Source of the DNA: a phage
Strand: one strand, 5' to 3'
Sequence record: PZ809289.1
DNA length: 64,000 bases
The translations under genes were made by a program, and so were the position numbers. Shown here piece after piece: positions 34,660 to 43,241 of this stretch; positions within the stretch are counted from its first letter, which is position 1; every line of letters begins with the position of its first letter. The notes under the pieces were generated by a model. The model was not told where the DNA came from. It did no database searches and worked only from the letters and a program-made list of their open reading frames with translations.

Positions 34660-35000
34660 TGAAGACTATTATATAGTCAAGCCGTCGTATGAAGACTGAT
34701 TACCAGCATTCACCGGCGCAACAAACAAGAAACCGGGTCGCTACCGGTAAGTCGTCGGACTGATGTTCCCTGAGTAAGGACTGGCATTAACAAATCTTTA
34801 CGATCTGTTAACGTCCCCTTACATCACAGCAGAAACGGCGCACCGAATTATCGATTCGAGGAAATATCTTTGCCGTAAGCCGAGTAGCGTTTTTGACGGA
34901 ACGTTCGGATATGGTCGAGATATGGCCTTTTAAAAATATTGAGTGGCGTCAACTACTTAATAACCGGGTTCGAATCCCGGCGTTTCGTACAAACACTTGC
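34660..35000 (+). ncRNA. Possible tRNA-associated stable RNA region (T4 rnaC/rnaD-like)
   Basis: No ORF; T-arm-like CCGGGTTCGAATCCCGG at ~34966; by analogy with T4 species RNAs downstream of tRNA-Arg. Confidence 0.25.
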
Positions 35001-35039
35001 CTAGCAGGTGGAACCCCGACAAGGTTACCCTAGGTTAAA

Positions 35040-35067
35040 GGCCCTTCCGAAAGGTTGGGCCTTTTTT
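35040..35067 (+). terminator. Rho-independent terminator, repeat copy 1
   Basis: GGCCCTTCCGAAAGGTTGGGCC + T6. Confidence 0.6.
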
Positions 35068-35068
35068 G

Positions 35069-35076
35069 TATAAATA
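35069..35076 (+). promoter_or_regulatory. Late promoter TATAAATA upstream of 35104 membrane-protein gene
   Basis: tataaata immediately after terminator. Confidence 0.5.
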
Positions 35077-35103
35077 TGTAGTTAAACTAACCTAGGAAAT
35101 AAT

Positions 35104-35658
35104 ATGAAACTTTTAAAATATTTGAGTTGGGTACTGTTGGTTCCTCTAGATTTTATCTCTATGGTTCTGGCTGTTATCCTTGCACCATTTGTGGTTCCTT
35201 TCCACAATAAAAAGACCGGTAAATTGCCTTATGGCTTTGATTGGATGATGACATACGATAATCCAATTGACGGTGACAAAGGTCATATTAAACGTTGGGC
35301 TAAAATCAGGAAAATGCCAGGTGGTGTTTATCTCCAGAGAGTAGCCTGGTTATGGCGAAATAAAGCTTATAACTTTGCTTATCATAAACTTGGACGCGAT
35401 TGTAGTTCGGAATTCCATTATCGTGGTAATCCTGACGTAGAATCAGGTTCTCCTGATAAAGCTCATCATGGGTGGCTATGGATGTGGAATGACGACGCCT
35501 GGGGTGTATTTGCTTCAGTTCCTTATCTTAAGGTTGGTGGAATCACATTTTACCTTCGAGTGTACTGTGGCTGGAAGCTTAAAAGTCTTTTGTCTCGTAA
35601 AATCCCTAAGGCTATGTTAGCCTTCCACATAAACCCATTCCGGTTCTACAAGAACTGA
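35104..35658 (+). CDS. Membrane protein, late-promoter driven
   Basis: 184 aa, N-terminal TM segment, Trp/basic-rich; TATAAATA 27 bp upstream; flanked by identical terminator hairpins. Confidence 0.5.
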   Translation: MKLLKYLSWVLLVPLDFISMVLAVILAPFVVPFHNKKTGKLPYGFDWMMTYDNPIDGDKGHIKRWAKIRKMPGGVYLQRVAWLWRNKAYNFAYHKLGRDCSSEFHYRGNPDVESGSPDKAHHGWLWMWNDDAWGVFASVPYLKVGGITFYLRVYCGWKLKSLLSRKIPKAMLAFHINPFRFYKN

Positions 35659-35663
35659 TTCTA

Positions 35664-35692
35664 GGCCCTTCCGAAAGGTTGGGCCTTTTTTT
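35664..35692 (+). terminator. Rho-independent terminator, repeat copy 2
   Basis: Identical hairpin + T7. Confidence 0.6.
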
Positions 35693-35716
35693 GTTTCTAA
35701 AAGGTTTAAAAAAGAT

Positions 35717-35745
35717 GTTTACTCTTTCGTAGAACATGATACTAT
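35717..35745 (+). promoter_or_regulatory. Early promoter cassette
   Basis: GTTTAC, 17 bp, TACTATAGACCTATCAA. Confidence 0.55.
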
Positions 35746-35780
35746 AGACCTATCAAAACAACAGAGTGAAGGAGAGTAAA

Positions 35781-36044
35781 ATGGATAATTATGGTGAAGT
35801 GTTTAATTTCTTTATGAAATGCGTTCCTGAAGAATTTGGTGCTACTGTTAACGATATTAAAGTTATCGGCCCTGAACACCCGGTGTATGAAACCTATGCA
35901 GTAATGGGTAATGAAGATGGACAGTGGTATACAATTAAAGTTGTGATTAATATGTTCTCAGCTGAAGGTTACGCCAAATCGTCTACCAAAGTTTACCATG
36001 GTAATGATTTTGATGCAGAAAATTATTTCAATAATATGAAATAA
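35781..36044 (+). CDS. Hypothetical protein
   Basis: ATG 35781 after SD GGAGAG; early promoter upstream. Confidence 0.5.
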   Translation: MDNYGEVFNFFMKCVPEEFGATVNDIKVIGPEHPVYETYAVMGNEDGQWYTIKVVINMFSAEGYAKSSTKVYHGNDFDAENYFNNMK

Positions 36045-36047
36045 AAC

Positions 36048-36076
36048 GTTTACATGGGCTCATGATTAAGATATTA
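36048..36076 (+). promoter_or_regulatory. Early promoter-like cassette
   Basis: GTTTAC, 17 bp, ATATTA; IR TGGGCTCAT/ATGAGCCCA. Confidence 0.4.
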
Positions 36077-36102
36077 TGAGCCCATAATTTGAGGAGAACA
36101 TA

Positions 36103-36501
36103 ATGAATATCGAAGATAAAGAAATGCAAGAGTTGTATAATTCATTAACACCTGAACAACAAAAATATGCCAAAGAACTAGAGAAAGCTCTTACTTTCAA
36201 CTTGGCAAAAACTGATTGGGCCGCTATGTATGAAGAAAAAACTAGATTAGAACTTGAAGCCGTCGAAAGAAATGAATGGATTGTCGAAACCAAGATTTCT
36301 GATGGTGGTTGCTCTGTTGAGGTGTCAGCTGTAGTTAAAGGTACTCATGGTGAAAAATCATGGGGCTGGCATAATGAAGCAAACAAACATATTGTTCTCT
36401 CAACGTCAAAAACTTATGGCCAAAGGGCTCCTGTATCCAAAGCTATTATTAAGCAAGCTCAATGGGAAGCCAATGAAATTTGCCTCGCAAAAATGAAATA
36501 A
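36103..36501 (+). CDS. Hypothetical protein
   Basis: 132 aa ORF; early promoter upstream. Confidence 0.5.
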   Translation: MNIEDKEMQELYNSLTPEQQKYAKELEKALTFNLAKTDWAAMYEEKTRLELEAVERNEWIVETKISDGGCSVEVSAVVKGTHGEKSWGWHNEANKHIVLSTSKTYGQRAPVSKAIIKQAQWEANEICLAKMK

Positions 36502-36504
36502 AAT

Positions 36505-36534
36505 GTTTACAAACCTCAGAGGACAGGGTATAAT
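36505..36534 (+). promoter_or_regulatory. Early promoter cassette
   Basis: GTTTAC, 18 bp, TATAAT; IR GAGGACA/TGTCCTC. Confidence 0.5.
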
Positions 36535-36577
36535 GTCCTCATGGATTACAAAACGTTAACCAACTGAAGGAAATACT

Positions 36578-37171
36578 ATGAACACTTTAAAGAAAATCGT
36601 TGAATTCATCCGTTCTAAACTGGGTACTGCAATGGCTCAGAACCTGTCAATCGAAGACCAGTATACTAAAGCTGCTTCTACCCTGATTGATAAAATCACT
36701 GAACTCCAGACTGCTCATGTTAAGTCTGTGAATGAAGAAAAACGTATTCGTGCGTTGGCTAATGAAAAAGACCAACTGGCTGCTTCTAAAGAACGTGAAA
36801 TTCGTAAACTGATTGCCGAAGGCGCTGATGTCCAGGTACATGCTAAACTTGGCCTCCTTTATCGTCGTACAGCTACTCAGCTTCGTAAGAAAGCTGATGA
36901 TTATATCGAAATGCGTAATGAAATTAAACTGAAGGTTAAGGAACTTGATGACTCTCGTCAGGAACTGGCTGTTAAGCTCGAGTACATCCGTGAAACTCGT
37001 AATATGGCTGCCCTTGGTATTGCTACTGCCGATGATGTTGTTGAAATCGCTGCACTGACTAAGATTGATATTGAAGACACCCTACTGCGTGTAGAAACGT
37101 TTAAAGGCCCGCAAGTTGGAATGGATACGACTTCTGCCGATATCGACGACTACATTAATTCACTTAAGTAA
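36578..37171 (+). CDS. Coiled-coil protein (weak PspA/IM30-like pattern)
   Basis: 197 aa, charged heptad-rich sequence; similarity to PspA is impressionistic. Confidence 0.45.
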   Translation: MNTLKKIVEFIRSKLGTAMAQNLSIEDQYTKAASTLIDKITELQTAHVKSVNEEKRIRALANEKDQLAASKEREIRKLIAEGADVQVHAKLGLLYRRTATQLRKKADDYIEMRNEIKLKVKELDDSRQELAVKLEYIRETRNMAALGIATADDVVEIAALTKIDIEDTLLRVETFKGPQVGMDTTSADIDDYINSLK

Positions 37172-37219
37172 TGTTATTGGGAGACTTCGGTCTCCCTATT
37201 TGGAGGAGAGGAGAATATT

Positions 37220-37756
37220 ATGAGTTTATATGATAACCTTATATCAAATATTGATTGGTTTAAAAATAGTGGTCTTTCCCATGAAACCAATGCAGTTCTT
37301 TATAGAATTCGCCAAGACCTAGGCTATTCAAACGATTTCTTAAGCAGAACATCTAGCCGTGGCGATACTACCAAATTACCTTTTATTTTTGCTTTAGCTG
37401 AAGACCTTTCTTTTGAAGATGCTTTGGAAATTATTGACGTAAATCTGGCTATTCAACGAGTGGAATTCGCTGGACTACGTTATTCAGTATATTCTTTAAA
37501 CGAGAGCGCTGATTGTGTGCTTCTTAATATGGCAGACGATGATTACCATTTAGTATGCTATGTAGCTTTAGAAAATGGTGATGTATTTGGAATGGTTGAC
37601 CGTCGCCCATCTTACTCTGATATTAAAAATTACGATAAAGATGAGCTTATTATTTTGGCTAATGAGTACACATTAGAAAGTCGTAAACAACAACGTAAGC
37701 TTAATCGTTTTATTGCTGAATGTCGCGAATACGCTAAAGAGGTTCAAAATGCATAA
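37220..37756 (+). CDS. Hypothetical protein
   Basis: 178 aa ORF. Confidence 0.5.
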   Translation: MSLYDNLISNIDWFKNSGLSHETNAVLYRIRQDLGYSNDFLSRTSSRGDTTKLPFIFALAEDLSFEDALEIIDVNLAIQRVEFAGLRYSVYSLNESADCVLLNMADDDYHLVCYVALENGDVFGMVDRRPSYSDIKNYDKDELIILANEYTLESRKQQRKLNRFIAECREYAKEVQNA

Positions 37757-38102
37757 GCCTAGTAAAACCGACCCTGGTTACGCATTAGCAGATTACGATA
37801 TCTCTATTTCATTATTCCTCGGCATTGCTACTAGTATGACTGCAGGGATAATTGGATTTCTTGTCGGTGGGATTATTAATGGTATGCCTCGCCATCCGTT
37901 TGAAGATATGAGCCTCGCGTGGATTTGGGTTCCGGCTTTAATAGGATTTTTTATCCCATGGGTCTTTGATATTGCCCAAACTAATAAAATAAACAAGCCA
38001 CGTAAAAAGAGATATGCTTTAGCTATGGCTAATTATAATGAGTATGTAAAACAAACTAAACGTAATGACCTTGAAACCTTTATTAAGGAATGTAAATCAT
38101 GA
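37749..38102 (+). CDS. Membrane protein with C-terminal ...FIKECKS tail
   Basis: ATG 37749; hydrophobic segments; shares C-terminal motif with 41973..42566. Confidence 0.5.
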   Translation: MHKPSKTDPGYALADYDISISLFLGIATSMTAGIIGFLVGGIINGMPRHPFEDMSLAWIWVPALIGFFIPWVFDIAQTNKINKPRKKRYALAMANYNEYVKQTKRNDLETFIKECKS

Positions 38103-38389
38103 ATAAAATTGAAATTGAAATCCCGGAACACAATGACGAGAAATCTGCAGAAAAGGCTATCTATGCTCTTCTGAATAAAGTGAATACCATCGAACATGAA
38201 TGTGAAGCTATTGCCGATAAGTATGGTATCCAATTCGGTACTGGTGATTATGGTTCAGGCCGTACATATTATCCTGTCGGTTATGAATGCTCCCAGTGGT
38301 TTAAAGATGAAATTGAAAACAACGGTGGTGAAGTTGAAAATGGCGTCGTTACAGTTGGTGCTTGGATCTCCTCTTCGGCAATGTGCTAA
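38099..38389 (+). CDS. Small protein, paralogue A of C-terminal-Cys family
   Basis: 96 aa; ends WISSSAMC. Confidence 0.55.
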   Translation: MNKIEIEIPEHNDEKSAEKAIYALLNKVNTIEHECEAIADKYGIQFGTGDYGSGRTYYPVGYECSQWFKDEIENNGGEVENGVVTVGAWISSSAMC

Positions 38390-38398
38390 GGAAATTTT

Positions 38399-38680
38399 AT
38401 GATGAATGATTACCATAAAAATAAAGAGCTGGCTGACGCAGTAAATGATATCCACAAAGCTATTCGTCGTGCTGAGGAAATTGCTGACAAATATGAGACT
38501 CATTTTAATATATACCCTGCTCGCGGTATGGGCGGTGACTATTATTCTCCTGGCGCCTTGAAAGCCGACCTTGCCCACTGGGAAGAATACGGTGAAGCTC
38601 AGTACGCTATTGTAAACCAACATGATTACACTACCAGCCTAGAAAATGGTGGTTGGGTGTCCTCTTCTTCTGAATGTTAA
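38399..38680 (+). CDS. Small protein, paralogue B of C-terminal-Cys family
   Basis: 93 aa; ends WVSSSSEC. Confidence 0.55.
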   Translation: MMNDYHKNKELADAVNDIHKAIRRAEEIADKYETHFNIYPARGMGGDYYSPGALKADLAHWEEYGEAQYAIVNQHDYTTSLENGGWVSSSSEC

Positions 38681-38689
38681 GGAAATAAA

Positions 38690-38902
38690 ATGACTATTGA
38701 TGAAATTGAAAACCAAATCCGTGAATTAGTACGTAAAGGCCAGTCTGTGGCTGACGAAACGGGTGAAGAGTTCCGTGTTTCTGGTCGTGGAGAATACATT
38801 TCTCCAAAGAACCCGGAATATGATGATTACGAATGGGTCCGTGATGACTACGGTATTCCGGAAGGTGAAGGTTTCTGGTTTACATCCTCTATGTCTTGCT
38901 AA
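38690..38902 (+). CDS. Small protein, paralogue C of C-terminal-Cys family
   Basis: 70 aa; ends WFTSSMSC. Confidence 0.55.
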   Translation: MTIDEIENQIRELVRKGQSVADETGEEFRVSGRGEYISPKNPEYDDYEWVRDDYGIPEGEGFWFTSSMSC

Positions 38903-38913
38903 GGTGATAAAAA

Positions 38914-39138
38914 ATGTCTGATATTAATGAATTAGAAAAAGCTGCACTTGAACTGGCTGCACTGTATAAGAAAGTAAAAGATATGGCTTCTGCTCAAAGT
39001 TTTGGTGTTGAGCTCGACGATTATGACGGTGAAGTTCGTCTCGAAGATTGGCTGAATAGCTCGTGTTATGGCGAAGAAGCTGGTCGCACCTTCGTTGCTC
39101 GGGCCGATGGTAAAATCTGGTATCCGAGCTCATGCTAA
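38914..39138 (+). CDS. Small protein, paralogue D of C-terminal-Cys family
   Basis: 74 aa; ends WYPSSC. Confidence 0.55.
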   Translation: MSDINELEKAALELAALYKKVKDMASAQSFGVELDDYDGEVRLEDWLNSSCYGEEAGRTFVARADGKIWYPSSC

Positions 39139-39359
39139 AATTAAAGAAAAGATACATTCGTAAAATAAATGGTCTTCGCGATTATGCCAAAGGTTGGCCG
39201 TTAAGTATTATTATGGCTGATAGACACCCGCGTTATAATACTGAGATGACTTATTACAAAAAGTACGATTCATATTGTCGGTCTAAAGCAGGTCGTTTAG
39301 ATGGTTCTTATGAAGACTATTTCGGTAAAAAACCTACTCGTATTTCGTTAGGAAAATAA
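39132..39359 (+). CDS. Small basic hypothetical protein
   Basis: 75 aa ORF. Confidence 0.4.
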   Translation: MLKLKKRYIRKINGLRDYAKGWPLSIIMADRHPRYNTEMTYYKKYDSYCRSKAGRLDGSYEDYFGKKPTRISLGK

Positions 39360-39368
39360 TTTAACCAC

Positions 39369-39719
39369 ATGGATGTGGTAGGAGGACTTATGCATAAAGA
39401 TTCAGTATTCAAATATCTTTTGAAAACAAATAAAGAATTCTATATGAATGGACAGGCCTTCTTGTTCGTTCGTGGTAAACGTGAGATGTTTTACAAATGC
39501 GACCTCTCAATGCACCATCATATGTATCACACCCGCGGTGAGCCTATACTGGGGTTCTCTGGTGACGAGACTAGACACATAGCTATGTACTACGACCATT
39601 TTAAGCTCAATGATTGTGGTGACAACGCTTTGGTCTGGAACCCGTCTTGGCGTCGTTGGGATACAGTAGACAATGATAAATTATTTTTAGAATATTGCAG
39701 AAGTGATGTACAACTCTAG
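39369..39719 (+). CDS. Hypothetical protein
   Basis: 116 aa ORF. Confidence 0.45.
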   Translation: MDVVGGLMHKDSVFKYLLKTNKEFYMNGQAFLFVRGKREMFYKCDLSMHHHMYHTRGEPILGFSGDETRHIAMYYDHFKLNDCGDNALVWNPSWRRWDTVDNDKLFLEYCRSDVQL

Positions 39720-39762
39720 AAAATCATGTTACTATTACCCTACACAAACATGAGGAGAACAT

Positions 39763-40002
39763 ATGTGGTATTACGCTCCGATGTCCGATAAGTCTAATGA
39801 ACCGGTACGCATTACTCGCGCCAAGTTTAAAAAGATTTATGGCTTCTCTTATAAGAAGTCTGATTACGGTGTTCGTTTTGAAGATGCCCACTGTATCAAT
39901 GACCCTTATGCTGAAGAAATCTCTAATGAGATAATTCCTATCATTAAGAATAATTCTGATGATATGTGGGAATTGCATAACGATTACGTCGCTGAAATTT
40001 AA
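39763..40002 (+). CDS. Hypothetical protein
   Basis: 79 aa ORF with SD. Confidence 0.45.
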   Translation: MWYYAPMSDKSNEPVRITRAKFKKIYGFSYKKSDYGVRFEDAHCINDPYAEEISNEIIPIIKNNSDDMWELHNDYVAEI

Positions 40003-40021
40003 GTTTACTGAGGAAAATATT

Positions 40022-40981
40022 ATGATGTTAGTTATTGGTTCTCGTGCACTGCACCACGCTGGTCTGATTGAAAGTAAGCATATCGAAAATTCTGATTGGG
40101 ATTTCATTGCCGACCAAGGCTCATGGAATCACTTTAAAGCACGTATGTTCGGCGCCCATGTACACGTTGACAATCCTGATGTCCAGGCTTTCAAATGTAT
40201 GCATAATGGTAAAGAAACCTATTTTGAAGCTTATATCGTTCGTGCTCTGACTAACGTACGAGAAATTACCGGTGAGCTTCAAGACGAAGATTTCACTTCA
40301 AGCTATCGTCTCCTGAAATATGCTGAAAATCATATTAAAAAGGACCGTCTTACTGGTTTCTATTGGGCCACCCCTGATATCTGTCTGGCTATCAAAACCT
40401 CTCATCGTTTCCTTAAGAATAATCCGTTCTTCTTGAAAACCATGTCCCACATCAAATACCTTCGTAATAAAGGTATCACCCTTAACGAAGAACTCCAGGA
40501 AATTATGTTGCAACGTCAAAAAGAAACGTTGAGCTATTCCCACCCTAAATTGGATGTAAACAAATCATCGTTCTTTAATGATACCATTTATACGCTGGAC
40601 CATGACTCTATTCATGAAGCAGTGGCATTGGCAGGGCGCCCTGCATATACCTTTTATATGAAGGAAGGTTCTGAAGTCATGACCTCTCGTGAGAAGTTCG
40701 AGGCTTTGCCTGAAGCTATTAAACTGGCTGGTGTATATGAAGAAACTTGTGTCCTGGCACTAGAACGTTCACAGGTTCCTAATGACTTCAATATTTCACC
40801 ATCATTAAGTTTTTATATGGCTCTTGAGAAAGTGTGTACCTCAATCACTTCAGGTTGGTTCCGCGAGTACGCCTGGGAAAACTACCAAGCTGTAGTGAAT
40901 ATGTATAAGACTTTAGGTGAAAACGACTACATTGAACGGTTTAAGCGTAACCAACATTTAATTCGTCCTTTCGAAAAATAA
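40022..40981 (+). CDS. Hypothetical protein with possible N-terminal nucleotidyltransferase-like motif
   Basis: ATG 40022 after SD GAGGAAAA; N-terminus VIGS...SDWDF loosely resembles GS...DxD; weak. Confidence 0.5.
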   Translation: MMLVIGSRALHHAGLIESKHIENSDWDFIADQGSWNHFKARMFGAHVHVDNPDVQAFKCMHNGKETYFEAYIVRALTNVREITGELQDEDFTSSYRLLKYAENHIKKDRLTGFYWATPDICLAIKTSHRFLKNNPFFLKTMSHIKYLRNKGITLNEELQEIMLQRQKETLSYSHPKLDVNKSSFFNDTIYTLDHDSIHEAVALAGRPAYTFYMKEGSEVMTSREKFEALPEAIKLAGVYEETCVLALERSQVPNDFNISPSLSFYMALEKVCTSITSGWFREYAWENYQAVVNMYKTLGENDYIERFKRNQHLIRPFEK

Positions 40982-40993
40982 TTGCACAAAACA

Positions 40994-41022
40994 GTGTACA
41001 AGGTCTATAGGTGTGATACTAT
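40994..41022 (+). promoter_or_regulatory. Early promoter cassette (-35 variant GTGTAC)
   Basis: Same body as 31833 and 32400. Confidence 0.5.
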
Positions 41023-41059
41023 AGACCTATCAAAACAACAGAGTGAAATGGAGAATAAA

Positions 41060-41272
41060 ATGAAACTTTCTAACCAAGCAATCAACATGTTAAACGAAGT
41101 TCGTGCAGCTGGTGCTAAATGCCTGATGGTTAACACTCGTGACGGTGACCTTCGTCAAGCATTTGGTGAATTGAAATCTGCTGACCTGGTTAAATGTTCA
41201 GTTGGTATTGGTAACGCACTTCGTGTATCCTTATCTCCTAAAGGTAAAATGTACTTTTTCAACAAAAAGTAA
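41060..41272 (+). CDS. Small hypothetical protein
   Basis: ATG 41060 after conserved leader GGAGAATAAAATG; early promoter upstream. Confidence 0.45.
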   Translation: MKLSNQAINMLNEVRAAGAKCLMVNTRDGDLRQAFGELKSADLVKCSVGIGNALRVSLSPKGKMYFFNKK

Positions 41273-41286
41273 GTGAGGAAAATATT

Positions 41287-41973
41287 ATGAACGGTCCGAA
41301 AACTTTTAATTCTAAAGCTCGTGCAGTAGGTGGTTTTGCAGGTCATATTTCTAATGATGATATTAAAAACGAGCCTATGTTCTTTAACTGTGATTTGAAT
41401 TTTGCTGCACAAAATGGTGGTCCTATTACTCGTAGCTTTATTACTAATCTCCCTGATGAGTGGAAAGCCGTTGAATGCGTATTTGATTCCCGTGTACACA
41501 TGTTAATGCCCGGCTGGTACCCTGCAATTCCAGGCTTCCACCATGATGATGTACCCCGTCCGGATATTCCGGTTGGTCAACACTTTATTACCGCAGGGCA
41601 ACCTGATTATGATAATCCTCGATACCATTCTGAACATATTCTTGGTCTTGTTAACGCTGATGTGTGTCCTACTCATTTTGCAACCGGAACTGCCCAGTTC
41701 AGTCAGATTCCTGAAGGCGAACTTATCTATCGCCAGTGGCATAAAGAAGTTCTGGAAAAAATTGAGTCTAATGAATTAACTAAGTGGGATGCTCCTGACC
41801 GCACGTTGCTCCAGTTTGATTGGCAGACATGGCATACAGGTTCTCGTGCAGTAAGTAACGGTTGGCGCTGGTTTGGTCGTGTGTCTCGTAATACAGACCG
41901 TGTTAAAAAGATTACAAATGAAATCCGCGTTAATGCTCAAGTATATCTGGAATTTCCTATGGAGGGCTGGTAA
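41287..41973 (+). CDS. Hypothetical protein
   Basis: 228 aa ORF. Confidence 0.5.
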   Translation: MNGPKTFNSKARAVGGFAGHISNDDIKNEPMFFNCDLNFAAQNGGPITRSFITNLPDEWKAVECVFDSRVHMLMPGWYPAIPGFHHDDVPRPDIPVGQHFITAGQPDYDNPRYHSEHILGLVNADVCPTHFATGTAQFSQIPEGELIYRQWHKEVLEKIESNELTKWDAPDRTLLQFDWQTWHTGSRAVSNGWRWFGRVSRNTDRVKKITNEIRVNAQVYLEFPMEGW

Positions 41974-42566
41974 TGGCCCTTTATGAACCTGGATGTATGG
42001 GTATTGATACAAACTTCATCCGTCGGTCGGAAAATGCCGGAATTATTATCCCAAGTGGTGAACATATGATTATTAAAAAGTCCTGGCGAAATATCGATGA
42101 CGGTGATGAAGGAATTTCAGCCAGTACAATAGATTGGTCAGGTTGTACTGCCGAAATGAAACAGCTTTTAATTGAGGAGTTCAGAATGGGTTATATCGTA
42201 AATGGTTGGCAACCGGTAAAGAAAATCACCCGCACTGACGATAAGTATATTTGTCTCCAAGATGGAAAGGCTAAGCTCATTGATACTGAATGGCTTACGT
42301 TCGGACGATATGTTGTAGCGTATTTTATTACTTTACTTCCAATGATAGTGTTGAGTTCATTTTTAATCGACGCCAATTGGAATGATGCGCTAGAACGAAC
42401 TATTATTGGTGCGGGATTAATGAACCTTTTCACCGCTGGAGCTGCTTTAAGTATTTGGTGCTTGGCTATTGAAATGCCATGGCGTTTACGTCGTCAACAA
42501 CGTCTTTACGACGAAGGTAAAAACAAACATAATTTAAATGAGTTTATTAAGGAATGCCGTAAATGA
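41973..42566 (+). CDS. Membrane protein with C-terminal ...FIKECRK tail
   Basis: 197 aa; C-terminal TM segments and same tail motif as 37749..38102. Confidence 0.5.
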   Translation: MALYEPGCMGIDTNFIRRSENAGIIIPSGEHMIIKKSWRNIDDGDEGISASTIDWSGCTAEMKQLLIEEFRMGYIVNGWQPVKKITRTDDKYICLQDGKAKLIDTEWLTFGRYVVAYFITLLPMIVLSSFLIDANWNDALERTIIGAGLMNLFTAGAALSIWCLAIEMPWRLRRQQRLYDEGKNKHNLNEFIKECRK

Positions 42567-42799
42567 GTATTGCAATTTATATTAAATCTGAGTCATGTGA
42601 TTCTTATCTGTATTCCTATGATACCGGAACGTCAGAAGAGAAAATCAAAGAAGATTTAGAAAGCGACTTGGGTATGTTCTGTCCTATTGGTGACTATATG
42701 CTTCAAGTGTCTGATAGTGAAAGTCCATCATCAGAAAATAGACTTCAAATTATTATGCAAGATATTTTTAAACAATCATGGGAACGAGACGATGAGTAA
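42563..42799 (+). CDS. Small acidic hypothetical protein
   Basis: 78 aa ORF; start overlaps upstream stop. Confidence 0.45.
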   Translation: MSIAIYIKSESCDSYLYSYDTGTSEEKIKEDLESDLGMFCPIGDYMLQVSDSESPSSENRLQIIMQDIFKQSWERDDE

Positions 42800-43241
42800 G
42801 AAAGCTAAGGAATTATCGGCAGGTATTTTGTTCATGACCGTTGATAAAGAACTGGTCATGGGTCGTGTAACAGGCTCTCGTAATCCAGAGAACATGCGTC
42901 ATAAATGGGACATTCCTAAAGGCCATGTCGAACCAGGCGAAGAGCCTATTCAAGCGGCAATGCGCGAAACCGAAGAAGAGATTGGATTCACAGCATACGA
43001 TCCTGCATTCCTGAAAGACCTAGGTGAGTTCAAATATTCAAGCAATAAGAATCTACATCTGTTCTTATATACGGTGCCTGTGGAACACGAGCAGTTCAAG
43101 GATTGCAAATGTACGGCTTACCATACGTTCCCTGATGGTCGTACTATTCCTGAATTCGATGCTTTTGCCTTGATTAAACGTCCGCAATGGGAATATGTCA
43201 TGGGCCCGTCGATGTTTAAGGTTTTAGATTCGCTCTTTTGA
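42792..43241 (+). CDS. nudE: Nudix hydrolase NudE (e.1-like)
   Basis: Nudix box GHVEPGEEPIQAAMRETEEEIG; immediately upstream of e as in T4; start ATG 42792. Confidence 0.8.
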   Translation: MSKKAKELSAGILFMTVDKELVMGRVTGSRNPENMRHKWDIPKGHVEPGEEPIQAAMRETEEEIGFTAYDPAFLKDLGEFKYSSNKNLHLFLYTVPVEHEQFKDCKCTAYHTFPDGRTIPEFDAFALIKRPQWEYVMGPSMFKVLDSLF

